DNA of 64,000 nt from Pirellulales bacterium. Its GTDB lineage: Bacteria; Planctomycetota; Planctomycetia; Pirellulales; PALSA-1355. This document shows, in pieces, positions 61,070 through 64,000 of the stretch; positions within the stretch are counted from its first letter, which is position 1, and the number at the start of each line of letters is the position of its first letter. The notes under the pieces were generated by a model. It ran no database searches and was not told the origin of the DNA. It was given only the letters and a program-made list of their open reading frames with translations. The stretch is from the NCBI GenBank assembly GCA_963733035.1, contig CAVTBU010000009.1:192001-256000 (forward strand), in the 5' to 3' direction. Made by a program: the position numbers and the translations under genes.

Positions 61070-61438
61070 CTAGCGGCCCGCTCGTGCGACCGCCTGCGGC
61101 TCGAGGATGCCCATCAGCGAATCGATGGTCAGAGGCTTTTGGAGGTGCTTGTCAATTGCCGCCTCTTTCCACTTCTGCTCGTCGATCTGGTTGCCGCTGA
61201 CGGACACGAAAGTCGCCTCTTTGAGTCCGGGCACGTCGCGCAACCGGATTGCCAGTTCGTATCCGTTCATGCCGGGCAGATGGATGTCGATGAAGACCGT
61301 TTGCGGCTTGAACTCCCGCACCATGCGCAATGCCGAAGAGCCGTCGTAAGCGACTTGGGTACGATGACCGTACGCTCGAATCAATGCGGCGAACGTCAGA
61401 GCAACGTCGGGGATGTCTTCAACAACCAAAACGTTCAC
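61070..61438 (-). CDS. Single-domain response regulator (receiver)
   Basis: VLVVED, FIDIHLPGMNG, LQKP. Confidence 0.88.
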   Translation of the reverse strand: MNVLVVEDIPDVALTFAALIRAYGHRTQVAYDGSSALRMVREFKPQTVFIDIHLPGMNGYELAIRLRDVPGLKEATFVSVSGNQIDEQKWKEAAIDKHLQKPLTIDSLMGILEPQAVARAGR

Positions 61439-61542
61439 AATGCCCCCCCTCTCTCACCAACTGTATTATACATTGGAGGCGATGGGGCCAATCCCTGATT
61501 TTGTCAGGGCCTGACGCGTTGCGGTCGCAGACAAGCGCGTAT

Positions 61543-63522
61543 TTACTCGCCCGCTTGGGGGGACACTTTCGTTGGCAACTGCCAGCACTCGTCGAAGAAC
61601 CCCGCAGCGACGACACGCCCCGGGTGCTCGGCGTCGGGAGCAAGGCGGACATCAACAATCGCCCAATCTCCCAGCTTCGGATTCTGCAGCGAATTCGTTC
61701 GATCGTGAGCCTCGCGATGCGTGGGCCCGCTGTTCAGGACTAAGTATTTCCGTGGATTGAGCGGGTTTGGATAGATCGCCAGCGGAATGCAGATATCCCG
61801 GTCGCAACGATGCCCGCCCAGCGTGAAGTCGGCATCCACCCAACGGATGGGAAGCCGGCTTGCGACTTCGCGCAAAATGCTGTTCGACCGCGGATCGCCC
61901 CAGCAGATCAGGTGGTATTTCTCACAATCGCTCGGCTTCAGGTCCACGTCACGTACGGTGCGCGGCTCGCCACGGTAGACGTTCTTCCAGCGCTTGCGAA
62001 AGTGCTCGAGTTCGAACGCAACCCAGCGATCAATCTGGGGAGACGAGTCGCCGGTAGGAACGACAACCAAGAACGGCTCGAGAAAGATGTCGTCGATCGG
62101 ACCCTGCAAGCCGGGGCGTTTGCGGAGCTGGCCGCCGCCGAGCGGCCGCGCCGGGACCCACGTTTCCCCGTCTCGCTCGTACACGAGTGGCCCGTCGCTG
62201 ACGAGCACGGCCTGACCATCGATCATGAGTTGTTTGGGCTGCTCGGGGGGCTCCAAGCGCAGTTTGCGAATGTTTCTGGTGACCACGACCAGCCGATCGT
62301 CATCGGTGTAGCGAGTGTCGATACGACTGTCCTGCCAGTGCCGGTCAAGTTCCAGTGCCTCGATCCAATGCATGCGCGGGTAGCGGAGGGTTTGCGTCTG
62401 CAAGGAGAGCTGGCGCAAGGCCGGATTGCGGCCTTCCGCGACGGCCGCGTGCATCCGCTGCATGACCTCGGCCAACACGGCCGGATCGTATTTGTGTCCC
62501 ATGCCCGGCCCGATCAAATGCACCAGCTCGTGTCCCTCCTGACGGAAGGCCTCGGCCATGAAGTCGGCGGCGTCCTTTTGTTTGTCGACTTCGCCGCTGT
62601 AGGCCACAACCGGCAGGTTAAACAAATTGCGCACGTATTTCGGCACGTCGTACACGTTCCACATTTTCTGTTCGTAGGTAGGCGGATATTGCTCAGGCGA
62701 GAGCTTCTGATAGCGTTTCACGTCGACAAATCCAGCCCCCGCGTGCACGGCGGCAAACTGATCGGCGTAGTGGGCGCCAATGTGCCACGCGCCGGCGCCA
62801 CCCATCGAGAAACCCATCAACACAATCCGGTCTCGATCGATCGGATAGCTATCGCAGACCGAGTCGATCGCTTCGAACACGTCGATTTCCGCCGTGCTCT
62901 TCCAGCCGATGCAACTGCGGCCAAATGGGTGCAGCACGATGGCATCGTCCGGTCGAATCTGACCCGGCTTGCTGCTGCGTTCCGCAATAAACTGGAGGTC
63001 GGCCAGTTTGTCGTTGCGGCCGTGCAACCAGACGTATAGCGGCACGGGTTTCGACAAGTCGAGATCCGCGGGAATCACCAGTCCATAGGGTTGAGGCGAG
63101 CCGTCGACCTTCGATCGGTAGCCACGAACAATCGTCCCGCTTTGGGTTGCCCAAGGCGACTGCCCCGCCGCCAAGTCTTCAAGCCTTCGTTGGGCGGTCG
63201 ACAGTAAATCTCCCGCAGTCTCGATGTCCTGTGGTTTGAAGAACTCCGATTCTTCCAAGGCGAAGCGCAGGGCCTTGAGATAAATATCGACGTCGATAAC
63301 GAGCGAAGCCATTGCGTCTGATAGATCGCCCGCCCGCAGCGCGTCACGCTGCTTTTCGAGTCGTTCAAGGTGCTTTGTCAGTCGTTGGCGATCGTCAGCC
63401 GGAACTTCGATCCCCGCCGGGGGCAAATGTCGTTGAATCGGCTGCCAGGGTTCGGCCGCACACCGTGGCGCGGCGACGATCGCGCACACCGTCAGTAACA
63501 GGGCCTTGAGTCGTGCCGTCAT
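61543..63522 (-). CDS. Secreted alpha/beta-hydrolase (esterase/prolyl oligopeptidase-like)
   Basis: VWLHGR, GFSMGGAG, GEVD, GMGH. Confidence 0.82.
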   Translation of the reverse strand: MTARLKALLLTVCAIVAAPRCAAEPWQPIQRHLPPAGIEVPADDRQRLTKHLERLEKQRDALRAGDLSDAMASLVIDVDIYLKALRFALEESEFFKPQDIETAGDLLSTAQRRLEDLAAGQSPWATQSGTIVRGYRSKVDGSPQPYGLVIPADLDLSKPVPLYVWLHGRNDKLADLQFIAERSSKPGQIRPDDAIVLHPFGRSCIGWKSTAEIDVFEAIDSVCDSYPIDRDRIVLMGFSMGGAGAWHIGAHYADQFAAVHAGAGFVDVKRYQKLSPEQYPPTYEQKMWNVYDVPKYVRNLFNLPVVAYSGEVDKQKDAADFMAEAFRQEGHELVHLIGPGMGHKYDPAVLAEVMQRMHAAVAEGRNPALRQLSLQTQTLRYPRMHWIEALELDRHWQDSRIDTRYTDDDRLVVVTRNIRKLRLEPPEQPKQLMIDGQAVLVSDGPLVYERDGETWVPARPLGGGQLRKRPGLQGPIDDIFLEPFLVVVPTGDSSPQIDRWVAFELEHFRKRWKNVYRGEPRTVRDVDLKPSDCEKYHLICWGDPRSNSILREVASRLPIRWVDADFTLGGHRCDRDICIPLAIYPNPLNPRKYLVLNSGPTHREAHDRTNSLQNPKLGDWAIVDVRLAPDAEHPGRVVAAGFFDECWQLPTKVSPQAGE

Positions 63523-63541
63523 GGATAACCTCACCGAATCT

Positions 63542-63582
63542 AAAAAAAGAGGCCGGTTACCGTTTCCAGTAACCGGCCTCTT
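63542..63582 (-). terminator. Intrinsic terminator
   Basis: AAGAGGCCGGTTAC / GTAACCGGCCTCTT stem followed by a U-tract on the minus strand. Confidence 0.85.
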
Positions 63583-63618
63583 GGCATGACAAATCTACGC
63601 TTCGAGACCGCGACCGAC

Positions 63619-64000
63619 TCAGACGACCTTGGTCAGGCCGGGGACTGGAAGCTGATACATTCCATTGGAATCGGGCAGGGACTTCGGCGTGGCGTCGAAG
63701 GAAAATTCTTCCGGCGCCAGGCTGATGTTCGAGGCAAGGGCATCATCCCAACTGATCTCCTTGCCCGAGTAGGTGCACATCCGGCCAAGAATCGCGGTCA
63801 TCGTGCTCTTAGCGCCGTACTCGGCTTCGTTGTACGGCTGACCGTTGCGGATGCTGGCGAACAGGTCGTCGTGCTCGACCTGGTAAGGGTCGGGCCGGTC
63901 GCCACGGTAGCGCCACGAGTCGCTGCCGGTGGGGTTGATCCTAGCGCCGCTGATGTCTGCGGTGCCATTGGTGCCAATGGCGTGCTCCGAAACGCTATTC
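63619..64000 (-). CDS. Gfo/Idh/MocA oxidoreductase, C-terminal part (5' end outside the window)
   Basis: PYQVEHDDLFASIR…NEAEYGAKSTMTAILGRMCTYSGK…W. Confidence 0.8.
   Translation of the reverse strand, partial: NSVSEHAIGTNGTADISGARINPTGSDSWRYRGDRPDPYQVEHDDLFASIRNGQPYNEAEYGAKSTMTAILGRMCTYSGKEISWDDALASNISLAPEEFSFDATPKSLPDSNGMYQLPVPGLTKVV

Overview
GC-rich chromosomal DNA, very probably from a Planctomycete (Pirellulales-like). Evidence: PSCyt/DUF1549-DUF1553 and DUF1501 genes, LEPR-XLL-type exported proteins and a PEP-CTERM protein. The main feature is an ~18.2 kb integrative element (15040-33282) that splits comM (YifB/Mg-chelatase-like helicase) at a TT crossover. Rejoining the outer ends by hand gives an intact 512-codon comM (…CHCTLPQ|VERYMAKISGPLLDRID…) and a symmetric attP (GGTTTT-N5-GTTC-N3-TT-N3-GAAC-N5-AAAACC). 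That attP lies inside the 3' end of the element's large serine integrase: the integrated gene takes its stop codon from comM, and the excised form would gain 40 aa. The element has a phage-satellite-like plus-strand core: HTH regulator, xis/AlpA-like gene, AAA helicase, iteron origin, resolvase, TerS/TerL, DUF2213 protein and a structured leader. Nested in it is a 7.7 kb block between perfect 41-bp direct repeats. The block holds a second large serine recombinase that ends in an inverted 33-bp copy of the comM att junction, plus a truncated capsid gene. The flanks are ordinary housekeeping and secretome genes plus tRNA-Leu(TAG). Five or six single-base frameshifts in the right half look like sequencing errors. 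All calls are from manual motif reading; no searches were run.
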